Made by a program: the position numbers and the translations under genes
Part shown: positions 47,673 to 57,596 of the stretch, piece after piece
How positions within the stretch are numbered: the stretch's first letter is position 1
How the letters are laid out: every line of letters begins with the position of its first letter
Notes under the pieces: model-generated
Told to the model about the DNA's origin: nothing
What the model saw: only the letters and a program-made list of their open reading frames with translations
The model's database searches: none
Source of the DNA: a virus
Virus record (IMG/VR): IMGVR_UViG_3300027973_000048
Location: 1-64,000 of that record
Strand: one strand, 5' to 3'
Length of the DNA: 64,000 nucleotides

Positions 47673-48714
47673 TTTCTACAGCCTCCTCCGTTATGACTTC
47701 TTTAGGTTTAATGTTATGGAAATCCTCCATTAACATATCTAATTTATCATTTTTCCATTCTTTTCTGTAATATAAGTGTTCTACACCTTTACTGTCAGTG
47801 AACTTGAGTCTATTACCCTGCTGTACTAACACCCCCTTAGCTTCAAACAAATCTACTAAGCCACTATATGGATCCATGCCAGTTTCATAAGGAATCTTAA
47901 TTTGCAGTGTTTCAAAAGGCTTGGCATAACGTGTCTTCATAATCTTACAACTAGCTCGAATACCTTTTACTTCACTGATCTTATTGCCATTCTCATCCTC
48001 TTTGAGTTTGAGCTTTTTCATAGCAACTACGATACTACTTGCATACACAAAGCCTTGACCACCACTGATCTTATCATCTGGATCAAACATGTCTTGGCTA
48101 GCATAGGTATGATTGGTACAAACCATGCCCACATTATAATTACCAAACATATTGACACAATTACGAACCAATGCAGTTAAGGCCTTAGGTTTACGACCCA
48201 TGTCACCTTTCAAATCGCCTGCTTCAAATTGATTAACATCAGTAGGAGTTAATAACATTCCCAAACTATCAAGTACAAATAGAACTTTAGGACGTTCTGG
48301 CATTTCTTTGTACTCTTTCATAAACTCGCTAATAGTTTTGGCCACATCATCAATCATGGCCATATTCAATTTGAGCAGTTTATCTTCACTAGTATCCACA
48401 CCAAGTGCTTTAAGCCATGCTTCATCCAATGCATTTTCAGTATCAACAAGTACCACATAGATACCTTGTTCTTGTGCATGTTTAATTAAATTGCCACTGC
48501 AAATATAACTTTTACCTGCACCGCTTTCACCAGCAAACACAGTAACTTTGCCCAAGGGAATACCTTTATGGAAATCACTGCTAATTAAATAGTTTAGTGC
48601 ATAATTGCCAGTACTTACCCAATCTGTAGGATCATTAAATCCCACACCCAATCCATCAATACTCTTAGTTAGAGTTTTACGAAATTTACTTAAATCAAAT
48701 GCTTTTGTTGCCAT
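47665..48714 (-). CDS. uvsX: RecA-like recombinase UvsX
   Basis: GESGAGKS, DTENA, LDSLG, NHTY, SGG; likely start MATKAF. Confidence 0.93.
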   Translation of the reverse strand: MATKAFDLSKFRKTLTKSIDGLGVGFNDPTDWVSTGNYALNYLISSDFHKGIPLGKVTVFAGESGAGKSYICSGNLIKHAQEQGIYVVLVDTENALDEAWLKALGVDTSEDKLLKLNMAMIDDVAKTISEFMKEYKEMPERPKVLFVLDSLGMLLTPTDVNQFEAGDLKGDMGRKPKALTALVRNCVNMFGNYNVGMVCTNHTYASQDMFDPDDKISGGQGFVYASSIVVAMKKLKLKEDENGNKISEVKGIRASCKIMKTRYAKPFETLQIKIPYETGMDPYSGLVDLFEAKGVLVQQGNRLKFTDSKGVEHLYYRKEWKNDKLDMLMEDFHNIKPKEVITEEAVEND

Positions 48715-48715
48715 A

Positions 48716-48916
48716 TTACATTCCTGGTTTAGGTGAAACAACGATGTCTTCACGCCCAATTGCTTTGAGCCAAGTGTTCAATCTATTAATTAAAACACTG
48801 TCATCTTTAGGGTTATCAAACCTAATATCAATATCAGCTACGGTATCGCCTGATTGATCTTCACGACTATTAAAACTCAAAGTAAAGCTTTCATTAATTT
48901 TCTGTGCTTTTGCCAT
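48716..48916 (-). CDS. Hypothetical protein (66 aa)
   Basis: GGAG SD before MAKAQKINES. Confidence 0.7.
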   Translation of the reverse strand: MAKAQKINESFTLSFNSREDQSGDTVADIDIRFDNPKDDSVLINRLNTWLKAIGREDIVVSPKPGM

Positions 48917-48976
48917 TATTTTTCTCCATAGAAAACTCGGGCGTATGACTAGTGTCACAGAGGCCCAAGTGGTAAA

Positions 48977-49975
48977 TTACGCTTTTTGACGATTACGAAT
49001 CATTGCAATAATGTCGGTTGCGCGACTGTCACTGCCTTTAGATTCTTCTTTTTCTTCAACAGATTTAACTGTTTTAAGAGCAGGTTTAACTGCCTTAGCC
49101 ACAGGCTTTGGCGGTTCATCGTCCATGTCATCGTCCAAGTCTGGTGCAACTGCAACTGCTTTTTTAACAGCCACAGGATCACCAGTGCTTTGAGCAGCAC
49201 CGCTAGGTTTGAAATATTGACCCCAACGTTCCATATCATATTCCTCACCATCTACGCTGGCTTGGAACATTTCCTTGATAACTTTGACTTCTACTTCAGT
49301 AGGTTTCTTAGGTAGGAAATCTTTAAGTTTGAACAGGCCAAATTCATCAATTGCCGCTTGCTCATCTGCACTGAGAGGACGTTCACGACGGCTCCATTTG
49401 CTGGTGCCGTAATCTGCATAACCACCTTTACTGGATTTGATCAGACGAAAATCAACGCCATGAACATAATCAGTAGGAAGGTCTTCCATTTCTGGATCCA
49501 TCAATGCACCTTTGATCAAAGTAAAGATTTGGGGTCCAATAATAAATCTACGAATGGGATTTTCTGATTTTTGATCTTCTTTGAGACCATCTTCAGTGAC
49601 AAAGCCTTGGAACAAATAGCTACGCTTTTTCCAATATTTACGACCCATTGCTTCGAGACTGGGGTCTTTAAACCACGCTCGAACTTCACTGAGTACAGGA
49701 CAGACTTCGCCATACATTTCCATACAAGGAACTTGTACATTGACTTTTTTATTATCTGTCTCGCCTTTCATGCCTGCAAATTCCAGCTTGATCATAGCAC
49801 GTTCTACCCAAAAGAATGTGTTAGAGTCATCGCCGTCTGGGAGGAATCTTACAGCCGATTCACCTCCTTCTTTAAGATTCCAGAAAGGATAAATTGAAAG
49901 ATCGCCGGTGCCTGTTCCGCCGCCTTTTACTTCTTGTTCTTTTAATTTTGCTCGAATTTCTGCTAAAGTTGCCAT
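48977..49975 (-). CDS. Single-stranded DNA-binding protein (gp32-like)
   Basis: VRFLPDG, CPV, YWKKRSY, GYADYGTS, acidic tail. Confidence 0.9.
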   Translation of the reverse strand: MATLAEIRAKLKEQEVKGGGTGTGDLSIYPFWNLKEGGESAVRFLPDGDDSNTFFWVERAMIKLEFAGMKGETDNKKVNVQVPCMEMYGEVCPVLSEVRAWFKDPSLEAMGRKYWKKRSYLFQGFVTEDGLKEDQKSENPIRRFIIGPQIFTLIKGALMDPEMEDLPTDYVHGVDFRLIKSSKGGYADYGTSKWSRRERPLSADEQAAIDEFGLFKLKDFLPKKPTEVEVKVIKEMFQASVDGEEYDMERWGQYFKPSGAAQSTGDPVAVKKAVAVAPDLDDDMDDEPPKPVAKAVKPALKTVKSVEEKEESKGSDSRATDIIAMIRNRQKA

Positions 49976-50033
49976 AGTTTTTCTCCTGTAATTGCCTATG
50001 TTTTGCCTATATTATCAGACACGTGTCCAATAA

Positions 50034-50078
50034 AAAAACGCATATAGCTAGTATATGCGTTTTTATTTAGCTTTGCAA
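50034..50078 (-). promoter_or_regulatory. gp32 control region: TTGCAA-N17-TATACT, nested TAAATA, overlapping 13-bp hairpin with U-tract
   Basis: -35 at 50073-50078, TAAATA 50064-50069, -10 at 50050-50055; stem 50034-50046/50052-50064. Confidence 0.7.
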
Positions 50079-50102
50079 GCAAAAAGGTAGAAAAAATAAA
50101 AC

Positions 50103-52415
50103 TTATGCAGTCAATCCTGCCAATTTCTTAAGATCTGCTATCATTGTCATAGCTTGATCAGGGGTTGTTGGCTTCATTTTAGACAATGCTGTTTTAAGAT
50201 CCGGCGTAGTGCCTGCTCTTGTAGGCGATACTGAAGGCATAGAAGTTCCAGATGATCCTGCTCCTGGCATACTAGGCATATTCATACCTTTCATCATGTC
50301 ACCAAACTTGCCCTGTATACCTTTATACATACCACCTACGGGATCACTACCACTGGCATCAAGGCCCATACTACCGGCCATACCTTTGAATTTGCCTATA
50401 GCATCATCATAACTGGCAGGTTGGCCGTTTATGGTGCCACTGCTAGTATTAGTAGTTTTCATATTAGCAGCTGGGATCTTACTTTGTATATTCTGCATCA
50501 TACCTTGTGGATCCATTCCGCCCATCATGCCTTTCATCATACCGCCCACATCAGATATACCAGCTTCCATAATACCAGCCATTCTTCTCATGTCTGATAA
50601 CTCTCTTGAATGACTATGGCGCTGCTTGTATTTTTCCATGATGTTATTACAAGCTCTTTCCACCATGTGGTCAAATCTATCCGCTTTATGAGTGCCCGGG
50701 GGAACATGATATTTTTCTTTGAGTTCCTTACACATCTTTGTGACAAACCCTTCTTCACCTATAGTAAAGGTTCCCTCAGTTTGATTAAAGAATCCACTAA
50801 TACGACTACGAATTTCATCAACTAACTTATGTCCAGTACCACTTTCAGCAAGTGGGGCAGGATTTGGAATCATTGGTCCTGGGGCTGCTCCTGGAGGCGC
50901 TGCTTCAGGCGGTGGTGCTGGAGGGGCTGCTGCTTCAGGAGGTGGTGCTGGAGGGGCTGCTGCTTCAGGAGGTGGTGCTGGGGGGGCTGCTGCTTCAGGG
51001 GGAGTAACAGGGGGAGTAACAGGGGGAGTAACAGGGGGAGTTACTGATGTGCCATCAAACCCCAATTTACTACTTAAATCTGTGCCATTTTCTCTATCAT
51101 GCGACTTTAAATATGACGCGATAATTGGTCTAGCATCCATTTCATCTAAACCCAAATCTGCTAGTATCTGAAACGCACGATTTAATTTATTATTATCTAT
51201 AATACCTTTTATACTATCTCTAACATTATCCCCATCTGTGCCTAATGGTAATTCATTACCAAATAAATTCTTTAATTCAGCCATGGCCTGCTGTTGTAAT
51301 TCCTCATTGTCATCAAATAAATCATCATCTTCTTTGACTATTTGATCTAGATAACTTTCAAAAGCACTTAATTCTTTAATTTTTTTGTTTTTTAACTTTA
51401 AATCTTTTTTATCATCATTGGTTTTTAACATGTCCTCTTCTGTGTCAATCTCTTTAACAGGCAACTGTGATTCATCAACTAATTTATAGATATAAGGAAA
51501 TGCTGTTTTTAATTCTTCATTGAAACTACGCACAGTTAATCTATCAATCCAATCATTGAGTACTTCCTCGGGCACATCCTGTGATTGATTTACTCTAAAA
51601 TTCTCTTTAAAAACACTATAGTTTTTAGACATCTGTAATGAATGCACTTGTTTTTTGATGTCATTAATACGTTCAATTACTTTTTGTTGAATATTGCCCA
51701 TGCTTTCACTAACTACAGGGCTACGATCTACATAATTCTTAAAAAATCTTAGTTTACTTAATTCTTCACTAAGTCCAATAACATGACGACCAATATCATC
51801 ATATGGTGTACCACCATGACTTACGTGCTGGGCCAAAGCTCTTGCACCATTTAAATGCTTGACTGGGTATAAAAATCTTTCACCCATTGCATTTTCTACA
51901 TAAATGTTCTCAATACGTTGAGATCTTCCGTTCATGGAGTTTAAATTAACAGGTTGACTGTGTCTTACTATAATTTTAGCCTCACCTATTTCTTGATAAC
52001 TGGTCTTACTAGTACCAAATAGTTTTGATTCATTCATATCATTTTCCCCTAAGGAATCTCTTTTATCCAAATTAGTTTGTGAAGGATTTTGTGCATTAAA
52101 ATTTAATCCATGTGTTTGAGCAAATTTAGGCAATATATTTCTAATAAACCTATCCCATGACCTGTTATTCACTGTATCACTCCACTGCACATCTAAACCA
52201 GGATCTTCACCTTCTTCTGATAGGCTAATAGTAACATTTACTACTTTTTCACCTTCTTCATTGGTAAAATCAAAGTTAAACTTTCTTGCATCAGCATCTT
52301 TTAAATTAACGCCGTCAATAGGTTTGTCGTCCGCAGTGGATTTTTTAAGGCTGGGAAACCTTGTTTGCAATTGTCTACCCAAATCTTTGGCTATTTGTTG
52401 GAAATTCGCACTCAT
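50103..52415 (-). CDS. Large virion structural / internal head protein
   Basis: Late motif upstream; MNE/VKE/LAE/IME sites; GARALAQHV..GG; Pro/Ala repeats; ends LKKLAGLTA. Confidence 0.65.
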   Translation of the reverse strand: MSANFQQIAKDLGRQLQTRFPSLKKSTADDKPIDGVNLKDADARKFNFDFTNEEGEKVVNVTISLSEEGEDPGLDVQWSDTVNNRSWDRFIRNILPKFAQTHGLNFNAQNPSQTNLDKRDSLGENDMNESKLFGTSKTSYQEIGEAKIIVRHSQPVNLNSMNGRSQRIENIYVENAMGERFLYPVKHLNGARALAQHVSHGGTPYDDIGRHVIGLSEELSKLRFFKNYVDRSPVVSESMGNIQQKVIERINDIKKQVHSLQMSKNYSVFKENFRVNQSQDVPEEVLNDWIDRLTVRSFNEELKTAFPYIYKLVDESQLPVKEIDTEEDMLKTNDDKKDLKLKNKKIKELSAFESYLDQIVKEDDDLFDDNEELQQQAMAELKNLFGNELPLGTDGDNVRDSIKGIIDNNKLNRAFQILADLGLDEMDARPIIASYLKSHDRENGTDLSSKLGFDGTSVTPPVTPPVTPPVTPPEAAAPPAPPPEAAAPPAPPPEAAAPPAPPPEAAPPGAAPGPMIPNPAPLAESGTGHKLVDEIRSRISGFFNQTEGTFTIGEEGFVTKMCKELKEKYHVPPGTHKADRFDHMVERACNNIMEKYKQRHSHSRELSDMRRMAGIMEAGISDVGGMMKGMMGGMDPQGMMQNIQSKIPAANMKTTNTSSGTINGQPASYDDAIGKFKGMAGSMGLDASGSDPVGGMYKGIQGKFGDMMKGMNMPSMPGAGSSGTSMPSVSPTRAGTTPDLKTALSKMKPTTPDQAMTMIADLKKLAGLTA
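50899..51044 (-). repeat. Coding tandem repeats (VTPP)n 12-nt and (PPEAAAPPAP)n 30-nt
   Basis: gctgcttcaggNggtggtgctggNgggget-type 30-nt units and ggagtaacaggg units on the + strand. Confidence 0.88.
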
Positions 52416-52420
52416 ATCAA

Positions 52421-52427
52421 TATTTAT
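52421..52427 (-). promoter_or_regulatory. Late element ATAAATA 5 nt before ATG
   Basis: ATAAATA-ttgat-ATG on the minus strand. Confidence 0.7.
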
Positions 52428-54010
52428 TAGAAACTGCTGGAAATGAATATAGGTAAAGGTGCTTCAAAATCCTCTTCTACGTGTACACCACTAAGACTTT
52501 CAAACACCCTTGGATCCCAATCAGCCACTAAAGTACTCATTCTAACCATCAATAACAAGGCACTTACCAAGTCATCATGATCACCGGTCTTTGCTTTGAA
52601 GGTAAAACCAGCTGCAATAAAACTCTTTAGCTCACTGATCAAGCTTTTACTATTAATTTCCATCTGACCTGTTTCAATTAAATGCTTTAATCTAGCACAA
52701 GCCGATATTTTACTACTATGTGTAGTGTTAAATCCTTTACGAAACTTACGCACATGCCCTTTGCGTATGGGTTCTGAAACCATTAACCCGCTAAATTGCT
52801 CTTCACCTAGGTCTTTGATCACTACTAAACCTGCTTCGCCCACAGTATTGTTTTCTATACTCCAGTAAATGTTATTAGATGCACCGCCCATTTCATCACT
52901 GAGATATTTAAGTATGTCTTTTAGAATTTTAATCTGCCCTTGAATAGGGGTAGTATTATGATGCCACTCTGCTACCTGTTTAAATGTGGGCAATTCAAAC
53001 ACTTCTATAGCACTATAGTTTCCACCTGTACCTAAACTAGGATCTAAACTGACTAGATATATGTTATCTGAATTTAATCTACTATACCACCTAGTTTGAC
53101 CCATTTTAAACAAAGGATCCCTGCCAGTTAATTCACTCAATCTAATACTATTAACTAATGTTTCATCATAGATCAAAAATTCGCAGCCGTATTCACGACG
53201 GAATCGTTCTTCACCAATTCTACTTTGCTCTTGTGCGGCCCAAGCATCGTCTCTATCTGGGTGTTCATCCCAAGTACAAGTAAAAGGAAAAAATCCATTA
53301 GCACCTAATTCTTGCTCATTACCATACTCGTCATAGTTATTATTAGCTTCTTTCCATATTGTAGCAAATGTGTCTTCGTCACTGTTAGGTGTACTGGTAA
53401 TAATAGCGCGACCACCAGTGGCCAATGTAGGTGATATTGACGTCCAAAATTCATCAGCAATATTTGGCATCACAAAAGCAAACTCATCGCAATATAATAA
53501 GGATATACTCATACCACGACCAGTATTGCCTGTAGTTGTAGCAGATACAATACGTGATCCATTGTCAAATTCTATACTACCTTTATTATAATTGATCACA
53601 CCAGATCGAATATAGTCAGGACAAAGCTCATATGCATAACGAATACGCTGCATAATCTCCTGCGAACCAGTATATTTGTGGGCAGCAATTAGAATAGTTT
53701 GGTCTGGATGAAACATTGCATACCAGAGTAAGTACCCACTCGCACAGGTGGTCTTGCCCATCTGTCTAGGCAACATGTTTACAGTAAATCTATGATTATG
53801 ATATGCGTGTAGAAGTCTTACTTGGTAATCAAAAGGTTCAAATAATAACTTGCCTTTGACCGGATGTTGAATATAAAAGAAATTAGTGCAAAAATGCAAG
53901 TATCCAACTTCAGGATCACTGCATTTTAAGAGATTTTCTACCTGCTGTTCGGTATACTTTTCTTTCTTATAGGCTTTCTTAGTAAGTACACCATCCAGAG
54001 ACTTGGACAT
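52427..54010 (-). CDS. Terminase large subunit (gp17-like)
   Basis: PRQMGKT Walker A, LYCDEFAF Walker B, STPN, LDPS, HDDLV. Confidence 0.96.
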   Translation of the reverse strand: MSKSLDGVLTKKAYKKEKYTEQQVENLLKCSDPEVGYLHFCTNFFYIQHPVKGKLLFEPFDYQVRLLHAYHNHRFTVNMLPRQMGKTTCASGYLLWYAMFHPDQTILIAAHKYTGSQEIMQRIRYAYELCPDYIRSGVINYNKGSIEFDNGSRIVSATTTGNTGRGMSISLLYCDEFAFVMPNIADEFWTSISPTLATGGRAIITSTPNSDEDTFATIWKEANNNYDEYGNEQELGANGFFPFTCTWDEHPDRDDAWAAQEQSRIGEERFRREYGCEFLIYDETLVNSIRLSELTGRDPLFKMGQTRWYSRLNSDNIYLVSLDPSLGTGGNYSAIEVFELPTFKQVAEWHHNTTPIQGQIKILKDILKYLSDEMGGASNNIYWSIENNTVGEAGLVVIKDLGEEQFSGLMVSEPIRKGHVRKFRKGFNTTHSSKISACARLKHLIETGQMEINSKSLISELKSFIAAGFTFKAKTGDHDDLVSALLLMVRMSTLVADWDPRVFESLSGVHVEEDFEAPLPIFISSSF

Positions 54011-54600
54011 TATCTTCCTTTAACTTCGGTATACAGATTTTTTAACTTATATTTTAAAGTTTCGTGCATGGGCATACTCATTGGGTTGTCGCCTCCACGA
54101 TAGTTATGTTTAAATGACTGTTTAGGTTTGTTTAAATCATCACCACTTGGCACTGCTGCTGCCATACCAGCATATTCTTCATCGGGACTGTTAGAATATT
54201 CATCTAATTCTAGTTCTAATTCACCCGCATCATTCTCGTCATGATCTATTTCATGTCCCATGCCATGCATGTCATGACCCATATCATCCATGTCATGACC
54301 CATATCATGCTCAGGCTCTGAAACTGCAACTACTGCACCTGCTGGACTACTAATTGCATCATCTGGAGCATCGTCGCCATGACCTTTTAACACATTCAAC
54401 AAGTCACGAATGCCTTCTGGTCCTGTAGCATTCATACTAACATTCATTGTAATAGGAGGATGGCCAGCACCACTCATCATGCCCATTCCACCGATTGACG
54501 GCATAATACCACACTCTTGAACAGTTTGATTGGATTCTTTTAAAATCTGTTTGTTTTGATCTAAATCTGTTATAGTTTGTAATAGTTTTTTGAAATCCAT
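54010..54600 (-). CDS. Putative internal head protein with His/Met/Asp-rich repeat
   Basis: MDFKKLL leader; LKE/VQE/LDE/MHE sites; HDMGHDMDDMGHDMHGMGHE. Confidence 0.6.
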   Translation of the reverse strand: MDFKKLLQTITDLDQNKQILKESNQTVQECGIMPSIGGMGMMSGAGHPPITMNVSMNATGPEGIRDLLNVLKGHGDDAPDDAISSPAGAVVAVSEPEHDMGHDMDDMGHDMHGMGHEIDHDENDAGELELELDEYSNSPDEEYAGMAAAVPSGDDLNKPKQSFKHNYRGGDNPMSMPMHETLKYKLKNLYTEVKGR

Positions 54601-55202
54601 TATTCTGTCCTGTTGATTGAACTTAACACACTCTTTAAGAATTGTGATTGTTCCATGTTATGTGCTTTTTCTGTAGGAGCACTCTTGGCTAATAATTGAT
54701 CATTAACACCTTTATATTGCTCACCTCTATGGCGGTCTTTACCTAAACTTTTTATAAAACTTAACTTAGCCTTTTCACCTGCCACTGCTTGATTGTTTAC
54801 CTTTTCATAAGGTTTATTTAAAATAGCTTCACTTTTAGTGCCTACTCTACTATAACTATCAATATTATATTCTATTTCTTCTTGCTCTTTTAATGTTCTA
54901 ACTTTTAAATGAACGGGATTAATTTTTAATTTTTCTGACAAATAAATTGCTAACTCGTGACTGGTCACTGGATACCCACAAGTAACATCATACAAATTAA
55001 CTTGTATGTTTCTAAGCTCGGGAAAATCCATTGGGGTCTCAGCAATAGGTGTTCTCATTGTTTTAGTTACAGTGGTGCATTCAAACTTTGAAAGAGCAGT
55101 TTTCATATTCTCTTCAATTTTATCGTCAACGTCACCGGCAATTTTAACCTTAAATTCGTAGGTTTTAATGCTTTCTATTAGGTATTCCTTAAATATGCTC
55201 AT
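54600..55202 (-). CDS. Putative internal head protein
   Basis: MSIFKEYLIES resembles the T4 IP capsid-targeting leader; ATAAATA upstream (55221-55227). Confidence 0.65.
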   Translation of the reverse strand: MSIFKEYLIESIKTYEFKVKIAGDVDDKIEENMKTALSKFECTTVTKTMRTPIAETPMDFPELRNIQVNLYDVTCGYPVTSHELAIYLSEKLKINPVHLKVRTLKEQEEIEYNIDSYSRVGTKSEAILNKPYEKVNNQAVAGEKAKLSFIKSLGKDRHRGEQYKGVNDQLLAKSAPTEKAHNMEQSQFLKSVLSSINRTE

Positions 55203-55223
55203 AATCTTTCCAATATGCTATAT

Positions 55224-55700
55224 TTATTTAATATTTTTAAGTTTTTCCAATAGACTATTCCTATCAGCTACAATGTAACCATTACCTGGAATATCTAAAC
55301 CTTTAGTATTATCAGAATTGGCTTCTTGATCGATTTTTTGTTTTTTCAACTGTAGCTCAATCATTTTAAGCTTTTTATCAATCTTAGCGGCTTTAGCATC
55401 AATAGCATTCTTAAGCATAGTACCAGCAACTTCAAAAATACGTCCACTGTAACGTGCTTCCACATTCATACCTAAATCCATAAGATCATCATAAGCATTA
55501 GTGGCACGATCTGCTAGAGCATCAAATTCTTTATCACTTATGTCACCTAAGCCTTTGACCTGAGGCAATGCTGCGGAGATTTTATCAAATTCTTCCATGT
55601 CTCTTAAAAAAGCTTCTGGCTTTTCTGCCTTTTTAGCTTCTTCCTTGACAATTTTTTTATTTTCAGGTAAATTTAATACTTCTTCTAATTTTTTAGTCAT
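55224..55700 (-). CDS. Putative terminase small subunit
   Basis: Helical 158 aa with RIFEVA and ADRNSLL, near terL and gp4; ATAAATA 4 nt before ATG. Confidence 0.55.
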   Translation of the reverse strand: MTKKLEEVLNLPENKKIVKEEAKKAEKPEAFLRDMEEFDKISAALPQVKGLGDISDKEFDALADRATNAYDDLMDLGMNVEARYSGRIFEVAGTMLKNAIDAKAAKIDKKLKMIELQLKKQKIDQEANSDNTKGLDIPGNGYIVADRNSLLEKLKNIK

Positions 55701-55707
55701 ACCTTAT

Positions 55708-56145
55708 TTATCTTGCTCCGCCTTGGTGGAAAATATCTGTCTCATTTAACACACGAAATTTTAACCCATGACCTTTACACCATGCTGTGGCTGCAGCCCA
55801 TTTGTATTGATTAACAATAAATTGTGCTTGTCTAGCTGTATTACGTCCAACTCTTTCTAAAAGCTGTTGATTTTGTGGTTTAATTTCAATAACTTCTGAA
55901 AGTAAATTATTATTTTTGTCTAGGTACTGTATGAAAAAATCTGGCACATATACAGTAACACGCTTAGTTAAAGGATTTTGATAGGGTATTTTTATACTTT
56001 CACTGGCCCATTTTTGTATACTAGCATGGCTATCACAAAAATTCATAAAGGCAAACTCCCAACTACTGCGATATGTTGGGCTTTTTATGCCTATATATTT
56101 TTCTGGAAACTTGGGAGTAAATTTACCTTTAGCAAACTTGCTCAT
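55708..56145 (-). CDS. Head completion nuclease (gp4-like)
   Basis: KYIG, YRSSWE, WASE, YVPDF, IEIKP. Confidence 0.9.
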   Translation of the reverse strand: MSKFAKGKFTPKFPEKYIGIKSPTYRSSWEFAFMNFCDSHASIQKWASESIKIPYQNPLTKRVTVYVPDFFIQYLDKNNNLLSEVIEIKPQNQQLLERVGRNTARQAQFIVNQYKWAAATAWCKGHGLKFRVLNETDIFHQGGAR

Positions 56146-56504
56146 ACCAATATATTACGATTTTCAAAAGTATTACTATTATTACTGACTTTATACCCTA
56201 ATACACTAGTTTGAACCCTATAATAATTTAATACCTCTGTAACTACTTGACTTAGTTGTGTATCATTTAGATTTTTAAGATTGTCCAACACTTCAAAAAT
56301 ATTAACGCCATCTAATTTTGCTTGATTTAATAAGACAATACCTGTACTACGAGCAGCTTGTTCACCAAACCCTCTTTTAATAAAAAACCCTAGCACAGCA
56401 TCAATTTGATTACTGGGGAAAGTAACCTGACCTAAAAAAAACTTATCAAAAAATGTTCTAACTTCCTGACTATTTAATGAAGTGTCTAAGGGTAAATTAC
56501 TCAT
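56142..56504 (-). CDS. Hypothetical structural-region protein
   Basis: 120 aa, coupled to gp4. Confidence 0.7.
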   Translation of the reverse strand: MSNLPLDTSLNSQEVRTFFDKFFLGQVTFPSNQIDAVLGFFIKRGFGEQAARSTGIVLLNQAKLDGVNIFEVLDNLKNLNDTQLSQVVTEVLNYYRVQTSVLGYKVSNNSNTFENRNILV

Positions 56505-56507
56505 ATT

Positions 56508-57590
56508 TTATCCCATACCGCCTATTTGACTAGGTGTAGCTGTAGTTGAATTATTAGGCTTTTTAGATGGAAAAAATGTATCTTTTAATCCATTAACAGC
56601 CAGTGCTGTTCCTGCAACGGCTGCACCTGCCAATAATGCACTGCCCTCAGAAGCAATCCCTGCTTTGGTCAATCCTTTAGCATTTTGATATGTATTAATT
56701 GCCGCAAAACCAGCAGTGAAATAATCACCCTTACTAATACTATCAGCTACACTAGAGATTCCTGCTAATACACCGCCAGTGCCAAATATTGTTTTAGAGC
56801 CGCCACCTGCTGGACTTAATGGGCTTGGTAACTTATCATAATGATCTTTAGCAAATCCTATGACATTATCACCTTCAATAGCCCCTACATCATAAGAAAC
56901 TGCTTCATATGCTATTGTCATAGTACATTCAGCACTTCCGCCAGCTTGCTCTGCACTATTTGGACTATCATGATTAAACGCAGTAACTAAAGGGTTGATC
57001 AATGTATAACTGTTATATTCTCTTTTATTAAGTTGATATAATACTATTCGATTAAAAAAAGGTATTGACGAGTTATTATCAAATCCATAATTAACATTAA
57101 TATTTTCTGGACCTTTTGTAGCATTTCTTTTATAAAATTGGCTTTTAGCTACTAAAGGATCTGAATAATAATAAGAATAATAATTTTGCCAAAGTCTATT
57201 AACTATATGAGCTCTATCATCATGAAATTTAAAAATCATAGGCTGATGCTCATGTGTTAATTGAACTACTTTTTTACGATTATATTGATTTAAAGTTGCT
57301 GTCCTAACAGTAAATTTAGGAAGATCAACACCTTTAACTAAAAGGCCAATCTCAAATTGATGACGATCTTTTAGACTTGTATCACGCAACGCCCCTTTGT
57401 TTATATCAAAATATACATGATATAAAAACTTTGCTTTGGGTGCTAATCTAAAATTATCATCAACAAAAGTCCTAGAAGCATGTTGCCAATCACCAAGCTG
57501 GCCTTTAGGTTTAAGAAGACCTTTTGCTGTATCTTTTAGATTGAATCCAGCACCAAGAGTATTTAATAATGAATTAAATTTACTAGCCAT
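56508..57590 (-). CDS. Tail-tube-like baseplate protein (gp48/gp54-like)
   Basis: VDLPKF...QYNRK...FHDD tube-fold pattern; follows tail tube. Confidence 0.6.
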   Translation of the reverse strand: MASKFNSLLNTLGAGFNLKDTAKGLLKPKGQLGDWQHASRTFVDDNFRLAPKAKFLYHVYFDINKGALRDTSLKDRHQFEIGLLVKGVDLPKFTVRTATLNQYNRKKVVQLTHEHQPMIFKFHDDRAHIVNRLWQNYYSYYYSDPLVAKSQFYKRNATKGPENINVNYGFDNNSSIPFFNRIVLYQLNKREYNSYTLINPLVTAFNHDSPNSAEQAGGSAECTMTIAYEAVSYDVGAIEGDNVIGFAKDHYDKLPSPLSPAGGGSKTIFGTGGVLAGISSVADSISKGDYFTAGFAAINTYQNAKGLTKAGIASEGSALLAGAAVAGTALAVNGLKDTFFPSKKPNNSTTATPSQIGGMG

Positions 57591-57596
57591 ATAGTT

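Noticed and set aside
20370-54010. Inteins or introns in polB, uvsX, thyX, terL
   Set aside because: Lengths and motif spacing are normal; no intein junction motifs or split ORFs.
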